A stretch of DNA of 32,000 nt from Seinonella peptonophila (GTDB taxonomy: Bacteria > Bacillota > Bacilli > Thermoactinomycetales > Thermoactinomycetaceae), in the NCBI RefSeq assembly GCF_900129355.1, contig NZ_FQVL01000001.1:541753-573752 (forward strand), written 5' to 3'. The translations under genes were made by a program, and so were the position numbers. This document shows, piece after piece, positions 1-10,908 of this stretch. Positions within the stretch are counted from its first letter, which is position 1; each line of letters starts with the position of its first letter. Below the pieces are notes generated by a model. It saw nothing but the letters and a program-made list of their open reading frames with translations, did no database searches and was not told the origin of the DNA.

Positions 1-809
1 TTTTGTTGATGGGCTTGTTCAACAATTGAACTTAACTGAGCCAATGGAAAAGGTGAGTGTTTTGTCAGACCTTTTCGGAAATAACCTAGAAATTCAATAT
101 TCCCTTTCCCACCAAGTATAGGAGAAGGAATGAAATCTAATGGAATTAAGTCATAATCCATAACAACTTGATAAATTCTTTGCAAAACCTGTAAATGTAC
201 CTTTGGATCGCTAATAATGCCTTTATTGCCTACTTGATTCTTTTCTGCTTCAAATTGAGGTTTGATTAAAGCAATAATATCTCCTGGTTCCGCTAATAAC
301 TGCAAGAGATTGGGCAGAATTTGACGAAGCGAGATAAAAGAGACATCAATCGTCGCTATATCGGGTTGTCCTACTGCCAACTGCTCAGCGGATAGATAGC
401 GAAAATTAGTTCGTTCCAAGATGACAACCCGTTCATCTTGACGTAACTTCCATGCTAACTGTCCATAGCCTACATCAACTGCATAGACATAGTTTGCTCC
501 ATGTTGCAATGCACAATCGGTAAATCCACCTGTTGAAGCCCCAATATCTAGAACAATCCGGTTTTCAATAGAGAGATCAAAAATGGATAACGCCTTTTCT
601 AATTTTATCCCGCCCCGACTTACATAAGGATGCTCCGGTCTTTTGACCAAAACATCTACATCGAGAGGATATGACATTCCGGGTTTATCTGCCACTTCCT
701 GATTGACGAAGACTTGACCTGCTTTAATTAAACGATTCGCTTGATCAAGGGTTTCAAATATTCCACGTTCAACTAATAACTGTTCAAGACGTTGCCTCTT
801 TTTAGACAT
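1..809 (-). CDS. yqxC: TlyA/YqxC-type RNA methyltransferase (S4 domain plus SAM-dependent MTase), 3' end cut by window edge
   Basis: Not in the supplied ORF track. My reverse-strand translation reads MSKKRQRLEQLLVERGIFETLDQANRLIKAGQVFVNQEV...HPYVSRGGIKLEKAL...VLDIGASTGGFTDCALQHGANYVYAVDVGYGQLAWKLR... with no stop up to base 1. The S4 motif and the DIGASTGGFTD motif are typical. It sits just downstream of dxs as in Bacillus. A GAGGG Shine-Dalgarno lies at about 815-820. Confidence 0.93.
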   Translation of the reverse strand, partial: MSKKRQRLEQLLVERGIFETLDQANRLIKAGQVFVNQEVADKPGMSYPLDVDVLVKRPEHPYVSRGGIKLEKALSIFDLSIENRIVLDIGASTGGFTDCALQHGANYVYAVDVGYGQLAWKLRQDERVVILERTNFRYLSAEQLAVGQPDIATIDVSFISLRQILPNLLQLLAEPGDIIALIKPQFEAEKNQVGNKGIISDPKVHLQVLQRIYQVVMDYDLIPLDFIPSPILGGKGNIEFLGYFRKGLTKHSPFPLAQLSSIVEQAHQQ

Positions 810-818
810 CATGATCCC

Positions 819-2711
819 TCATGCCCTTTGTTTTCGTTTTACCGTAATCCCTCTAATCTGTTGAATTATTCCATCTGATGTGAGCCCAACTTCTTTTAAC
901 TGCTCTTGAATGGAACCATGTTCAACATAATAATCCGGTACGCCCATTCGACTTACAAATGCTTGTACTCCTTGTTCCTCATAAAATTCCAGAACAGCAC
1001 TTCCAAAACCACCTGCTAATGAAGCCTCTTCAACTGTTAGAATGGGCAATTTTTCTTCAGCTAGTCCTAATAATAATTCTTTATCGAGCGGTTTAGCAAA
1101 TCTAGCATTAATTACACGTATATTTAAACCCTCTTGGGCTAAAAAGTCAGCTGCTTCAAGTGCTGGAGAAACCATTGTTCCAAAAGCTAATATAGCAGCA
1201 TCATTTCCTGAGCGGAGAATCTCAGATTTCCCAATCGGAATCTTATTCCATTCTTGATCCATCGCAATGCCAGTTCCTGATCCTTTCGAATAACGGATCG
1301 CAATCGGACCATCATCATACTGAGATGCAGTATAAAGCATTTGACGAAGCTCATTTTCATCTTTAGGCATCATAATGGTTAGATTAGGCTGATTTCGTAA
1401 GAAACTAATATCATAGATACCTTGATGAGTTTCCCCATCTTCACCTACAAAACCTGCACGGTCAATAGCAAAGATAACATTTAGGTTTTGGCGGCACACA
1501 TCATGAATCACTTGATCATAACCGCGTTGTAAAAATGTTGAATAAATTGCTAAAACCGGTTTCAACCCTTGCGTTGCAATCCCAGCTGCAAAAGTAGTAG
1601 CATGCTGTTCCGCGATTCCTACATCAAAACAGCGTTCTGGAAAATGCTTAGCAAAATCTTCTAATTTGGAACCTGTTAACATAGCTGGAGTGATAGCTAC
1701 AATCCTTTGGTCCTGCTGAGCTAATTCGATCATCGTTTTACCAAAAATGGATGGATACTGTGGTGCAGAACTTGCTTTTTTCTGAAATGCGCCAGATTCA
1801 ATCTTATATGTCCCCACACCATGATAATTGACAGAATCGTTTTCAGCAGGTTCATAACCTTGCCCCTTTTTCGTCACAACATGAACCAAAACAGGGCCTT
1901 CTGTATCTCCTGCTTGTCGCAATATTTCCATTAGTTCTTCCAGCTCATGTCCATCAACTGGACCTAGATATGTAAGTCCCAACTCTTCAAATAAGACACC
2001 ATCAACCACCAAGTATTTCAAGCTATCTTTTACTCTTTCTAAAGTCTTTTTGAAAGGCTGCCCAGCTACTGGGATTTTTGCAAGCAACGCTTCCATCTCA
2101 TCTTTAATCTTATTATAATGACGATGAGTTCTTAATCTTCCTAAGTAATTATGCAAAGCACCCACATTTGGACTGATGGACATTTCATTATCATTTAAGA
2201 TAACAATTAAATCTTTCTTTTCGACACCAATATGGTTAAGCGCTTCCAGTGCCATCCCACCAGTTAAAGCTCCATCACCAATTACTGCGATCACTTTATG
2301 ATCCAATTGCTGCAAATCACGAGCAACGGCCATACCCATCGCCCCTGAGAGAGAGGTACTACTATGTCCTGTCTCCCAAACATCATGCTCACTTTCGCTC
2401 ATTTTGGGGAATCCACAAAGACCATGATATTGGCGCAATGTTGGAAACTGTTCTCGTCTCCCCGTTAGAAGTTTATGTACATAGGCTTGATGTCCGACAT
2501 CCCATAAAATCTTATCTTTCGGACTTTCAAATAGATAGTGCAGAGCAAGCGTAAGCTCCACTACACCAAGATTCGAGGCAAGGTGCCCCCCCGTTTCAGA
2601 TAAACTTTCAATCAAAAAATTGCGAATCTCTTTTGCCAATTTGGGTAAATCTTCAATTGATAATTTTTTTAATTCATCAGGAGAATGAATCTGCTCAAGA
2701 AGCAACAACAA
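819..2711 (-). CDS. dxs: 1-deoxy-D-xylulose-5-phosphate synthase
   Basis: 630 aa; [34 protein letters not shown] and [21 protein letters not shown] motifs; neighbour of ispA. Confidence 0.97.
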   Translation of the reverse strand: MLLLLEQIHSPDELKKLSIEDLPKLAKEIRNFLIESLSETGGHLASNLGVVELTLALHYLFESPKDKILWDVGHQAYVHKLLTGRREQFPTLRQYHGLCGFPKMSESEHDVWETGHSSTSLSGAMGMAVARDLQQLDHKVIAVIGDGALTGGMALEALNHIGVEKKDLIVILNDNEMSISPNVGALHNYLGRLRTHRHYNKIKDEMEALLAKIPVAGQPFKKTLERVKDSLKYLVVDGVLFEELGLTYLGPVDGHELEELMEILRQAGDTEGPVLVHVVTKKGQGYEPAENDSVNYHGVGTYKIESGAFQKKASSAPQYPSIFGKTMIELAQQDQRIVAITPAMLTGSKLEDFAKHFPERCFDVGIAEQHATTFAAGIATQGLKPVLAIYSTFLQRGYDQVIHDVCRQNLNVIFAIDRAGFVGEDGETHQGIYDISFLRNQPNLTIMMPKDENELRQMLYTASQYDDGPIAIRYSKGSGTGIAMDQEWNKIPIGKSEILRSGNDAAILAFGTMVSPALEAADFLAQEGLNIRVINARFAKPLDKELLLGLAEEKLPILTVEEASLAGGFGSAVLEFYEEQGVQAFVSRMGVPDYYVEHGSIQEQLKEVGLTSDGIIQQIRGITVKRKQRA

Positions 2712-2862
2712 CCGCCTCTCTTTCTTTTCATTGCATATAAAAGGAATATATTTGTATGCAATTGATCGCTTTTTTCAAAAGTTAGCTAAAGTAAACTCAT
2801 TATAACACATGCTTAAAAAAATTCTATATTTCAATGTGTAAAACTATTAAATCAGATGATGA

Positions 2863-3753
2863 TTATCGTTTACGAGTTAATAAATAATCAGCAATATCGA
2901 GTAACCTTTGTGGGTTAAGTTCAGTTGTTTTTAACAGTTCCTCCTTGGCGGTATAGGTCAAACGTGCTAATAATTGTTGTGACTCTTCTAATCCTAAAAG
3001 TGAAGGATAAGTCGACTTTAAGTTTTCTTGATCACTTCCAACTGGTTTACCGATTAATTCTGGATCACCTATTATATCTAAGATATCGTCCTGGATTTGA
3101 AATGCAAGCCCTAAACGATAGGCAAATTGTGTCAATGAAGTGAGTGCTTCTTCTGATGCACCACCAATTCGAGCTCCTGTGCGAACCGAAAATGCAATTA
3201 AATCACCTGTTTTACGACGATGAATCGCTTCTAGCTCTTCGACAGTAATCTGTTTATCCTCACTGAGTAAATCATCCATCTGTCCACCAATCATTCCAAA
3301 GGCACCAGCATGCTTAGCTGTCTCTTCAATAATGGCTAATGAATCATCAAAAGATAGCTTAGCAGCTCGAACACCCTTGGACATTAAAGTGAAGGCTTCT
3401 GTTAAAAGCGCATCACCCGCTAACACAGCCGTTGCTTCATCAAATTTTTTATGGTTTGTTAATTTCCCTCGTCGATAATCATCATCATCCATACATGGAA
3501 GATCATCATGAATCAGTGAGTAGGTATGGATCATCTCAATAGCACATGCCAAGGGATAAGCTAACTCTTCCGGTTTATCACAAGCTTCTACAGTTGCTAA
3601 TACAAGAATAGGACGAAGACGCTTACCGCCTGCCATTAACGAATATTTCATCGATTGGTATAGCCGATCAGGCACTTCACGATAATGATTTAAATAATCT
3701 TCTAGTTTCGTTTCAATTATCTTGCCTTTCTCATGGATGTACGTCTCAATCAT
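2863..3753 (-). CDS. ispA: Farnesyl/geranyl diphosphate synthase (polyprenyl synthetase)
   Basis: 296 aa; GGKRLRP, first DDLPCMDDDDYRRG and second FQIQDDILD aspartate-rich motifs. Confidence 0.95.
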   Translation of the reverse strand: MIETYIHEKGKIIETKLEDYLNHYREVPDRLYQSMKYSLMAGGKRLRPILVLATVEACDKPEELAYPLACAIEMIHTYSLIHDDLPCMDDDDYRRGKLTNHKKFDEATAVLAGDALLTEAFTLMSKGVRAAKLSFDDSLAIIEETAKHAGAFGMIGGQMDDLLSEDKQITVEELEAIHRRKTGDLIAFSVRTGARIGGASEEALTSLTQFAYRLGLAFQIQDDILDIIGDPELIGKPVGSDQENLKSTYPSLLGLEESQQLLARLTYTAKEELLKTTELNPQRLLDIADYLLTRKR

Positions 3754-3988
3754 TTGAGTCCTCCTCAGGTTGAAATGGTTTTTTTACAAATTGGTTATTC
3801 TCCTCTATTAGCATTTCAATTTTTTGCTCTGCCCAATCCAATTTGTAACCACAATGTTGTGCCAATTTCATCCCTTCGTTAAATAAACGAATCGACTCCT
3901 CCAATGAAATATCGCCCTTCTCCAGTTCTAATACTACTTCTTCTAGTCGTTCCATTGCGGATTCAAACGATAGTTCCTGCCTCTCCAT
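3746..3988 (-). CDS. xseB: Exodeoxyribonuclease VII small subunit
   Basis: 80 aa; SFESAMERLEEVVLELEKGDISLEESIRLFNEGMKL; overlaps the ispA start and is adjacent to xseA. Confidence 0.95.
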   Translation of the reverse strand: MERQELSFESAMERLEEVVLELEKGDISLEESIRLFNEGMKLAQHCGYKLDWAEQKIEMLIEENNQFVKKPFQPEEDSND

Positions 3989-3995
3989 TTCATTG

Positions 3996-5351
3996 TCACT
4001 CCTCTGTAGACCATACTTGACATTTTACTGCCCCATCACTTAATCGAACACGCAAGAGATCACCCGATTGTACATTTTTAACTGAGGTGACAAGCGATTG
4101 GTCATGATAGCGATAAGCGAGAGAATAGCCTCTCTGCATTACTTTTAATGGACTAAGAGCTTCTAATTGAACGATTTGTTTCATCAATTGCTCACGATAC
4201 CTCTCTAACTGGTGATTCATTGACAATTGCAGACGATTCTTCAATCGTTCCAACCGTTCTTGATTGGTTATTAGCTTACCCTTTGGACTCAAAAGACGAA
4301 GTTTCGACATGAAATGTTCAAGACGTTGCTTCTTAATTTGCACCTGTGAATCCAAGCGATCTCGAATCATGGAGCCCCACTGATCCACTTGCTGAACATA
4401 CTGTTGGATCTTTACTTTTGGTCCACTATATTGTAATCGTTCTTGCCAATTGGTTAAAGTTTGTAATCTTTGATCGAGTACGCGCCTTTGTGCTTGAATC
4501 AAACGATGCTGAAGTAATCTTAACTGTTCTCTTAATTCAATCTGATCTGGTACGATCATCGCTGCTGCTGCAGTTGGTGTTGCAGCTCGATGATCAGCTA
4601 CATAGTCACTAATCGTCGTATCTGTTTCATGACCTACTGCAGAGATAACTGGCAAAGTTGTGCGAAAAAGACTATCCGCTACTTGACGTTCATTAAAGGC
4701 CCAAAGTTCCTCTAATGAGCCTCCCCCTCTCCCTACAATCAGTACATCTACATCCCCTTGTTGTGTTAAGATTTCTATACCCTCTGCAATTTCATTAGCT
4801 GCATTTGTCCCTTGAACAGCGACTGGAAAAAGCAAGATCTCTGTTAATGGAAAGCGTTGCCTCATTGTTATGATAATATCTCGAATAACAGCTCCACTTG
4901 CCGAAGTTACAACACCTACTCGGCGTGGGAAACGTGGCAACGGCTTTGCTGGAGCTGAAAAATAGCCTTCCTGCTCTAATTGTTCCTTTAAGCGAACAAA
5001 ACGAGTGTATAAATCACCAATACCACTCATTTGCATTTCTTGAACATATAGTTGTACTTGACCTTCACGCTCATACATGGAAAGTCTAGCAAGTGCAAAT
5101 ACCGAATCACCATTTTGCGGACGAAAACGCAATCTTCGATTTTGACTTGAAAACATAGCAGCTTTAACACGTGTCTGCTCATCTTTTAATGTAAAATACA
5201 TATGTCCACTGCGTTCATGCAGGGTAAAATTGGTAATCTCGCCCTTTACCCAGAGTGTTTGTAATTGAGGGTCCTCATCGATCTTGGAACGAAGATGTGC
5301 AACGAGGTCAGAGATTGTCCATATTTTGGTTTGCTTTTTCCTACGCCTCAT
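3996..5351 (-). CDS. xseA: Exodeoxyribonuclease VII large subunit
   Basis: 451 aa; OB-fold LWVKGEITNFTLHERSGHMYFTLKD and GVVTSASGAVIRDI...DVLIVGRGGGSLEELWAFNE motifs. Confidence 0.97.
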   Translation of the reverse strand: MRRRKKQTKIWTISDLVAHLRSKIDEDPQLQTLWVKGEITNFTLHERSGHMYFTLKDEQTRVKAAMFSSQNRRLRFRPQNGDSVFALARLSMYEREGQVQLYVQEMQMSGIGDLYTRFVRLKEQLEQEGYFSAPAKPLPRFPRRVGVVTSASGAVIRDIIITMRQRFPLTEILLFPVAVQGTNAANEIAEGIEILTQQGDVDVLIVGRGGGSLEELWAFNERQVADSLFRTTLPVISAVGHETDTTISDYVADHRAATPTAAAAMIVPDQIELREQLRLLQHRLIQAQRRVLDQRLQTLTNWQERLQYSGPKVKIQQYVQQVDQWGSMIRDRLDSQVQIKKQRLEHFMSKLRLLSPKGKLITNQERLERLKNRLQLSMNHQLERYREQLMKQIVQLEALSPLKVMQRGYSLAYRYHDQSLVTSVKNVQSGDLLRVRLSDGAVKCQVWSTEE

Positions 5352-5352
5352 A

Positions 5353-5784
5353 TTAGTCTGTCACCTGACCTTCTTGGTTCTCTCGAACCCATTTCCCTAA
5401 ACATCCATTAATAAAACGACTCGCTTCATCTCCACTATATGACTTAGCAATTTCAACAGCTTCATTAATAACCACTTTAATTGGGGTCTCCTGTTCATAG
5501 AGCAACTCATAGAAGGCAATTCGCAGTATTGCCCGATCAATAGATGCAATCCTGTCAATGCTCCACCCAGACTTTAGACATTTCCCTATTACTTGATCTA
5601 TTTCATTTAAATGTTGTTGGATTCCATTAACTATTTGTTGATAGAAGAGAAAAGTCTTTCGATCCAATTTTGTTCTTTGTCTATGGATTATTTGGCTTTG
5701 TTCATCAGGTTGAAACTCAAGCTGATAGAGTGTAGTTAGTACGCTCTCTCTAGCCAATCTTCGATTCATAATATCTCCCTCCAA
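5353..5784 (-). CDS. nusB: Transcription antitermination factor NusB
   Basis: 143 aa; RRLARESVLTTLYQLEF...IDRAILRIAFYELLY...PIKVVINEAVEIAKSYSGDEASRFINGCLG. Confidence 0.96.
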   Translation of the reverse strand: MEGDIMNRRLARESVLTTLYQLEFQPDEQSQIIHRQRTKLDRKTFLFYQQIVNGIQQHLNEIDQVIGKCLKSGWSIDRIASIDRAILRIAFYELLYEQETPIKVVINEAVEIAKSYSGDEASRFINGCLGKWVRENQEGQVTD

Positions 5785-5830
5785 TAAAAGAACCCAGCCT
5801 TATGCTCTGGCTGGATTCTAACAATACACC

Positions 5831-6061
5831 TTATTTTCGCATAAACTTATCCAGAAGTATATTGTCTATCATCTGCTTTACATCTTCTTTTCGATCGAAT
5901 TGAACACCGATTAAATAACTAAGCCCCAAAATAATGGAAAAAAAGAGCATCTTCCAAAAACCAAACCACAGATAAATAAAACCGAGTAAGAGGCCCAATA
6001 AAATACCAAAAGTCTGACCTTTATGCTGCTCAACAAATAACCATATTCTCTTTATATCCAT
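5831..6061 (-). CDS. DUF2273 family small membrane protein (track start 6076; MDIKRIW start at 6061 likely)
   Basis: Short hydrophobic protein with GQTFGILLGLLLGFIYLWFGFWKMLFFSIILGLSYLIG, next to the AmaP/Asp23 genes. Confidence 0.75.
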   Translation of the reverse strand: MDIKRIWLFVEQHKGQTFGILLGLLLGFIYLWFGFWKMLFFSIILGLSYLIGVQFDRKEDVKQMIDNILLDKFMRK

Positions 6062-6072
6062 CGCTTGACGCC

Positions 6073-6630
6073 TCAATTCACTCGAACTCTAGCACGATCA
6101 GATTTTATAGCAGTCTGAATAATGTTGACAGAAACATCATCGACATCGATTCCAGCAATGGTTTCTACTTGATTTTTGACTGTAGTTTGTAATTCATTGG
6201 ATAATTCTAGAAAAGGGCGATCTCCATCTACTGTGATACGAAAGCCAATATGAACAGCTCCTGTATCAGCATGTAAATGGACCCTCGCTGTTAACTCCCG
6301 AATCCCCTTAATTCGATCTGCTGCCTTTCTTGCTAAAGATTCAAGTGTTTCAATAGAGATTCTTACTTGACCAATCTCCGTCTCGTGATCAACACCAACA
6401 GCTCCTCTACGGGAACGACTTACACTCACCCATAATAAACGCAAAGCGAGTAAAAATAGAAGAACTGCGATAATCGCAACAATTACTTGCATTTGAAAAT
6501 CGCCTTCAAGAAATTGAAAAGGCGTCTTTTCAATCAAGGAAGGCATATATGCTGCCCAAGCAACAAATATCGCCAAAAACCCCACGATCACACTTGTTAG
6601 TAACAAAAGTGAACGATCCAATAAACGCAT
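6073..6630 (-). CDS. amaP: Alkaline shock response membrane anchor protein AmaP-like (track start 6675; better RBS for MRLLDRS at 6630)
   Basis: Two N-terminal TM helices followed by an Asp23-related domain (RISIETLESLARKAADRIKGIRE). GGGAGG is suitably placed before ATG at 6630. Confidence 0.8.
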   Translation of the reverse strand: MRLLDRSLLLLTSVIVGFLAIFVAWAAYMPSLIEKTPFQFLEGDFQMQVIVAIIAVLLFLLALRLLWVSVSRSRRGAVGVDHETEIGQVRISIETLESLARKAADRIKGIRELTARVHLHADTGAVHIGFRITVDGDRPFLELSNELQTTVKNQVETIAGIDVDDVSVNIIQTAIKSDRARVRVN

Positions 6631-6702
6631 CAACGGACCTCCCATTTCTTCATTCAACACACAACTTGCTGTCATGACCGATTGATTGTTGAGTGAGGGC
6701 CC

Positions 6703-7098
6703 CTACCTTACACGTTGCACAGGTGTTGATTCCTGTGTCTCCTCTGTTTGTGGAAACTTTAGTCCAGCAATCCGTACTACAATTCGATCGATTGGTAAAC
6801 CTGTCATTTCTTCCACTCGCTCTTTCACCTGAGACTGAACGAGCTGACCCACTTCGACTACTTGCTCACCGTAGTGAACAATGATGGCAACATCAATTTC
6901 AATTTTATCGCCTAATTCTACTTTTACACCTTGACGTAAATTTTTCCTGCCTAGCCATTGATTTAAATCTCCTACTACTCCACCTTTTAATCCTGCAACA
7001 CCTTCTACCTCTGTTGCCGCTAACCCACTGATTAATTGAATAACTTCGGGTGAAATATCAACTCTTCCTGGAACTTTCGTCTCTTCTTGTGGAGCCAT
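6703..7098 (-). CDS. yqhY: Asp23/Gls24 family envelope stress protein (YqhY type)
   Basis: GRVDISPEVIQLISGLAATEVEGVAGLKGG; located directly after accC. Confidence 0.9.
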   Translation of the reverse strand: MAPQEETKVPGRVDISPEVIQLISGLAATEVEGVAGLKGGVVGDLNQWLGRKNLRQGVKVELGDKIEIDVAIIVHYGEQVVEVGQLVQSQVKERVEEMTGLPIDRIVVRIAGLKFPQTEETQESTPVQRVR

Positions 7099-7103
7099 TT
7101 ACC

Positions 7104-8456
7104 CTAACTCCCTTCATACAAATCTACTTCTTCTAAAAATTGATTGTGAAAATCACCTTCTCGAAATCGTGGATGTTTCAACAGACGTTGATGGAATGGG
7201 ATGGTTGTATAGACACCATGAATCACATATTCTGCAAGTGCTCGCTCCATTCGCTCAATCGCCTCTTGACGGGTATTACCCCATACAATTAATTTTGCGA
7301 TCATCGAATCATAGTGCGGAGTAATTTGGTATCCTTGATAACATGCGCTATCAACTCGAACACCGATCCCTCCAGGTGTTAAATAGCCTTCGATCGTTCC
7401 TGGTGAAGGTCTAAAATTCTTTTCTGGATTTTCTGCATTGATACGGCATTCAATCGCCCATCCATCAAACTCAATCTCTGCTTGTGTAAAAGTCAGCGGT
7501 TCCCCAGTGGCAACCCGAATCTGTTCTTTTACCAAATCGATTCCTGTGATCTCCTCAGTTACAGGATGTTCAACTTGAATACGGGTATTCATTTCCATAA
7601 AATAAAAATTCCCATCACGATCTAAAAGAAATTCAATCGTTCCAGCTCCTGAGTAGTCAACAGACTTAGCAGCTTTCACAGCAGCTTGTCCCATTGCTTC
7701 ACGTAACGATGAATTTAATGCAGGTGATGGTGCTTCTTCCACCAACTTCTGGTATCTGCGCTGAATAGAACAATCCCTTTCCCCTAGATGAACAACGTTT
7801 CCATGATTATCGGCCAATACTTGGATTTCAATATGCCGTGGTTCTACTAAGAATTTTTCCAAATAGACTCCTGCATTTCCAAAGTTAGCCTCTGCCTCCT
7901 GTTGTGCCAAGCGGATTGCTTTGGTTAGCTCTTGCTCTGAATGAACAATTCGCATCCCTTTTCCTCCACCACCGGCAGTCGCTTTTACAATAACAGGATA
8001 CCCAATTTCCGCTGCAATTTGCTTTGCTTGATCCATATCTTGGATGATACCTTCAGTCCCTGGTACAACTGGTACGCCTGCTTGCTTCATTGTCTCTCTC
8101 GCGGTCGTTTTATCGCCCATCTGAGCGATCGCGTTCGGTGGTGGGCCAATAAATGTAATACCGCAAACAGCACAAAGCTCAGCAAAATCTACATTTTCAG
8201 CCAAAAATCCATACCCTGGATGAATCGCATCGACTCCAAGCAGTGTCGCCGTACTCATTAAATTCGTCATATTGAGATAGCTATCCTTGGCCATAGCAGG
8301 TCCAATACAAAAAGCCTCATCAGCTAAGGTTACATGAAGTGCTTCACGATCAGCTTCTGAATAGACGGCAACGGTTTGAATCCCAAGTTCACGACAAGCC
8401 CGTATGACGCGAACGGCGATTTCTCCCCGATTGGCGATTAGGACTTTTTTAAACAT
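7104..8456 (-). CDS. accC: Acetyl-CoA carboxylase biotin carboxylase subunit
   Basis: 450 aa; [38 protein letters not shown] and [15 protein letters not shown] motifs. Confidence 0.98.
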   Translation of the reverse strand: MFKKVLIANRGEIAVRVIRACRELGIQTVAVYSEADREALHVTLADEAFCIGPAMAKDSYLNMTNLMSTATLLGVDAIHPGYGFLAENVDFAELCAVCGITFIGPPPNAIAQMGDKTTARETMKQAGVPVVPGTEGIIQDMDQAKQIAAEIGYPVIVKATAGGGGKGMRIVHSEQELTKAIRLAQQEAEANFGNAGVYLEKFLVEPRHIEIQVLADNHGNVVHLGERDCSIQRRYQKLVEEAPSPALNSSLREAMGQAAVKAAKSVDYSGAGTIEFLLDRDGNFYFMEMNTRIQVEHPVTEEITGIDLVKEQIRVATGEPLTFTQAEIEFDGWAIECRINAENPEKNFRPSPGTIEGYLTPGGIGVRVDSACYQGYQITPHYDSMIAKLIVWGNTRQEAIERMERALAEYVIHGVYTTIPFHQRLLKHPRFREGDFHNQFLEEVDLYEGS

Positions 8457-8476
8457 GATTCCTCCCCTTCCCGTCT

Positions 8477-8956
8477 TTAAGTCGTTCGTACCAAGAATAA
8501 TGGTTGACCAAACTCAACCAATTCTCCGTTTTTGACAAGAATTTTTTCAATCGTTCCATTTACTTCTGCTTCAATTTCATTCATGAGTTTCATCGCTTCA
8601 ACAATGCAGACTACCGAGTCGACAGATACTGTATTTCCTTCTTGTACATATGGATCTGCATCAGGAGAAGGGGATCGATAAAATGTACCTACCATTGGTG
8701 ATTCAATTTTATGTAAACCCGCGTCCTCCACCTCTTTTGTCTCTTGTGTAGGTGCAGGTGATTGAGTAGTTACCGTACTGTTTTGTGCAGTAGGCGGCGG
8801 TAGTTGTACCACAGGCGCTACTGGTTGAACAGCTACTTCTCCAACCGCTTTCTTAATTGTAATTTTGGTTCCCTCATGCTCCATATGAAATTCAGCAACT
8901 TCTGCTTTTTCGACTAATTGAACTAATTCATGAATATCCTTTAGCTCTAATGCCAC
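8477..8956 (-). CDS. accB: Acetyl-CoA carboxylase biotin carboxyl carrier protein
   Basis: 159 aa; biotinylation motif [15 protein letters not shown]. Confidence 0.97.
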   Translation of the reverse strand: MALELKDIHELVQLVEKAEVAEFHMEHEGTKITIKKAVGEVAVQPVAPVVQLPPPTAQNSTVTTQSPAPTQETKEVEDAGLHKIESPMVGTFYRSPSPDADPYVQEGNTVSVDSVVCIVEAMKLMNEIEAEVNGTIEKILVKNGELVEFGQPLFLVRTT

Positions 8957-9066
8957 TTGCTTCCACTCCTCTCTAAAGACATTTTATGTATCCAAAATAC
9001 TACCGCTTTTATGATAATGTTTTTTTACAACTTTGGCTAGTCTGCTAGCAGGATTCCAATCATGAA

Positions 9067-9093
9067 AACAAAAAAGCCCCCTGAGGGGAAGCT
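9067..9093 (-). terminator. Rho-independent terminator of the spoIIIA operon
   Basis: Minus strand AAGCTTCCCCTCAGGGGGCTTTTTTG: GC-rich stem followed by a T run, at the spoIIIAH stop. Confidence 0.75.
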
Positions 9094-9651
9094 TTAAGAA
9101 CGATATCCTATCGAGATCATGGTGGGATCGACTCGGAAGTGTTGTCCAACCATACTAATTAGATGAACTGCTTCAGTACTTGTTAAGCGTTCGCCTTGTA
9201 CAATTACATCTACTTTATTTTGATGATTCATGACCACGACATCCCGATACCCTTCTTTTCGAATTGCTTCCTCTAAGGAAGACTCTTGTTGATCCACCTT
9301 CATTAATTGATTTACTTTTTGCTCTGCTACCTTTAGTTCTTTTTCTGATGCTCGCGGATTAGAAAGTGTACGCATGTATTCTTCAGTCAACTTCGAACGC
9401 AGTGTATCTCTTTGTAAGTGGTAATTGACAAAATAATCATGTTTACCCATTTGCTTACTTACTGGTTTTCCTTGTTCTACTTCTTTCATTTGCAAATCAA
9501 GCTTAGGCTTTTGCATCATTTGATTTGCTTGTTGTACAGGCTGTGATGGCCCTGTCACAATATAATATGCGGATAATGCTACCATCAATGTTAGCATGGA
9601 GACGAGCCAGACTGTTTGTTTATTCACTGTCATTTTCAAATTCCTCCTCAA
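9094..9651 (-). CDS. spoIIIAH: Stage III sporulation protein AH
   Basis: 185 aa; single N-terminal TM helix, MTVNKQTVWLVSMLTLMVALSAYYI; last gene of the spoIIIA operon. Confidence 0.92.
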   Translation of the reverse strand: MRRNLKMTVNKQTVWLVSMLTLMVALSAYYIVTGPSQPVQQANQMMQKPKLDLQMKEVEQGKPVSKQMGKHDYFVNYHLQRDTLRSKLTEEYMRTLSNPRASEKELKVAEQKVNQLMKVDQQESSLEEAIRKEGYRDVVVMNHQNKVDVIVQGERLTSTEAVHLISMVGQHFRVDPTMISIGYRS

Positions 9652-10277
9652 CCTCTTGGTAAAACTGAAATTCGGTGTAATGGAACATCGAGTGTTCGTT
9701 GAATTGCTTCTATTACAACTGCTTTTACTTGTAAATTCTCTACCCCCTCAGCAACGACAAGCACACCACGCACCTTTGGCTTGAGTCGTTTTACCACTAA
9801 TGGTTGCTCACCATTGTTATTACGATAAAAGGTTGGTTTTTTATCATCGGTACCTTGGCGAATTGATCGATTGCCCCCCTTGGTGTCCATCTCTGTCGTC
9901 ACTTGCTCAGAATGATGTTCATCAATTTGAACAACATCCTCCTCAGTTGAATCTAAGTTAACTATGACAGAGACATCATCCACACCTACTATACGGTCTA
10001 ATACTTGCTCAAGATCGCGTTCATATTGCCTTTCATATGTTTCCATATTTGTATGTGAATTTGATGCTGAATTGACAGATGAAGCTGATTTGGAGGTAGT
10101 TGGTGTATTAGATGGTGAAAATGATATAGGCTCTTCTTTCATCTCAAACAGAGAAGAAAAGAATAAAAGTCCAACTCCCAGTAACCCCAAAAATAGAATA
10201 CGACGGTAAAGTTTTTTTTGTGTTGGATTTTCACGCCATCTCTTTTCTACTTCTGCCCACCACTCTTTTAACACCAT
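9648..10277 (-). CDS. spoIIIAG: Stage III sporulation protein AG
   Basis: 209 aa; TM segment then YERDLEQVLDRIVGVDDVSVIVNLDSTEE...PKVRGVLVVAEGVENLQVK. Confidence 0.93.
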   Translation of the reverse strand: MVLKEWWAEVEKRWRENPTQKKLYRRILFLGLLGVGLLFFSSLFEMKEEPISFSPSNTPTTSKSASSVNSASNSHTNMETYERQYERDLEQVLDRIVGVDDVSVIVNLDSTEEDVVQIDEHHSEQVTTEMDTKGGNRSIRQGTDDKKPTFYRNNNGEQPLVVKRLKPKVRGVLVVAEGVENLQVKAVVIEAIQRTLDVPLHRISVLPRG

Positions 10278-10289
10278 ACCTCACCCGCT

Positions 10290-10895
10290 TTACTCAAACT
10301 CCATTTGTACTTTTTTTGGGTCAATACCCCAAAATTGTTGAAGATCTTTTTGGATTAAATCTTTCAAATGTTGTTGATTTCTTTTCTGTTCTACATTATC
10401 TCTTTGGATAAATGGATCTATTTGAATTGGATCAACTTTCTGATTGGTTGAATTAGGATTTCGTAAAATGAATAAAATTTGATTTAAATGTGGTTGCTGG
10501 TCTTTCCATTCAACCGATATCTCGATCTGTCTGACGAGCTGTGGATAACGTTGATCCAATAATTTTTTTAATTGCTGCTCGAAGTTACTTTTCCAAGTTT
10601 TTATCCACTCATGTTGTTGATTACTTTTTATCTCCTCTGCTTGTCGCTGAATCGTGGCAATGGAAGGTATCGCTGCTTCCTTACTGGCATTTTGATCTCC
10701 TTTTAACAATTGATCTACTGACAATTGATCTGTAAGCAGTTGAAGAATTGGCTGTAAGATTGCTAGAATAATCAATAATCCCAACACCAACTTTACATAA
10801 CGCGATAACGACTGTTGAGGTAGTAATAGATCTATAAAAGTAGCGATCAAGACAAGTAGAATAATCTGCTTTAACCAATCACTGATCCACTCCAT
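10290..10895 (-). CDS. spoIIIAF: Stage III sporulation protein AF
   Basis: 201 aa; MEWISDWLKQIILLVLIATFIDLLLPQQSLSRYVKLVLGLLIILAILQP; operon position. Confidence 0.92.
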   Translation of the reverse strand: MEWISDWLKQIILLVLIATFIDLLLPQQSLSRYVKLVLGLLIILAILQPILQLLTDQLSVDQLLKGDQNASKEAAIPSIATIQRQAEEIKSNQQHEWIKTWKSNFEQQLKKLLDQRYPQLVRQIEISVEWKDQQPHLNQILFILRNPNSTNQKVDPIQIDPFIQRDNVEQKRNQQHLKDLIQKDLQQFWGIDPKKVQMEFE

Positions 10896-10908
10896 TCATT
10901 ACACCTAC

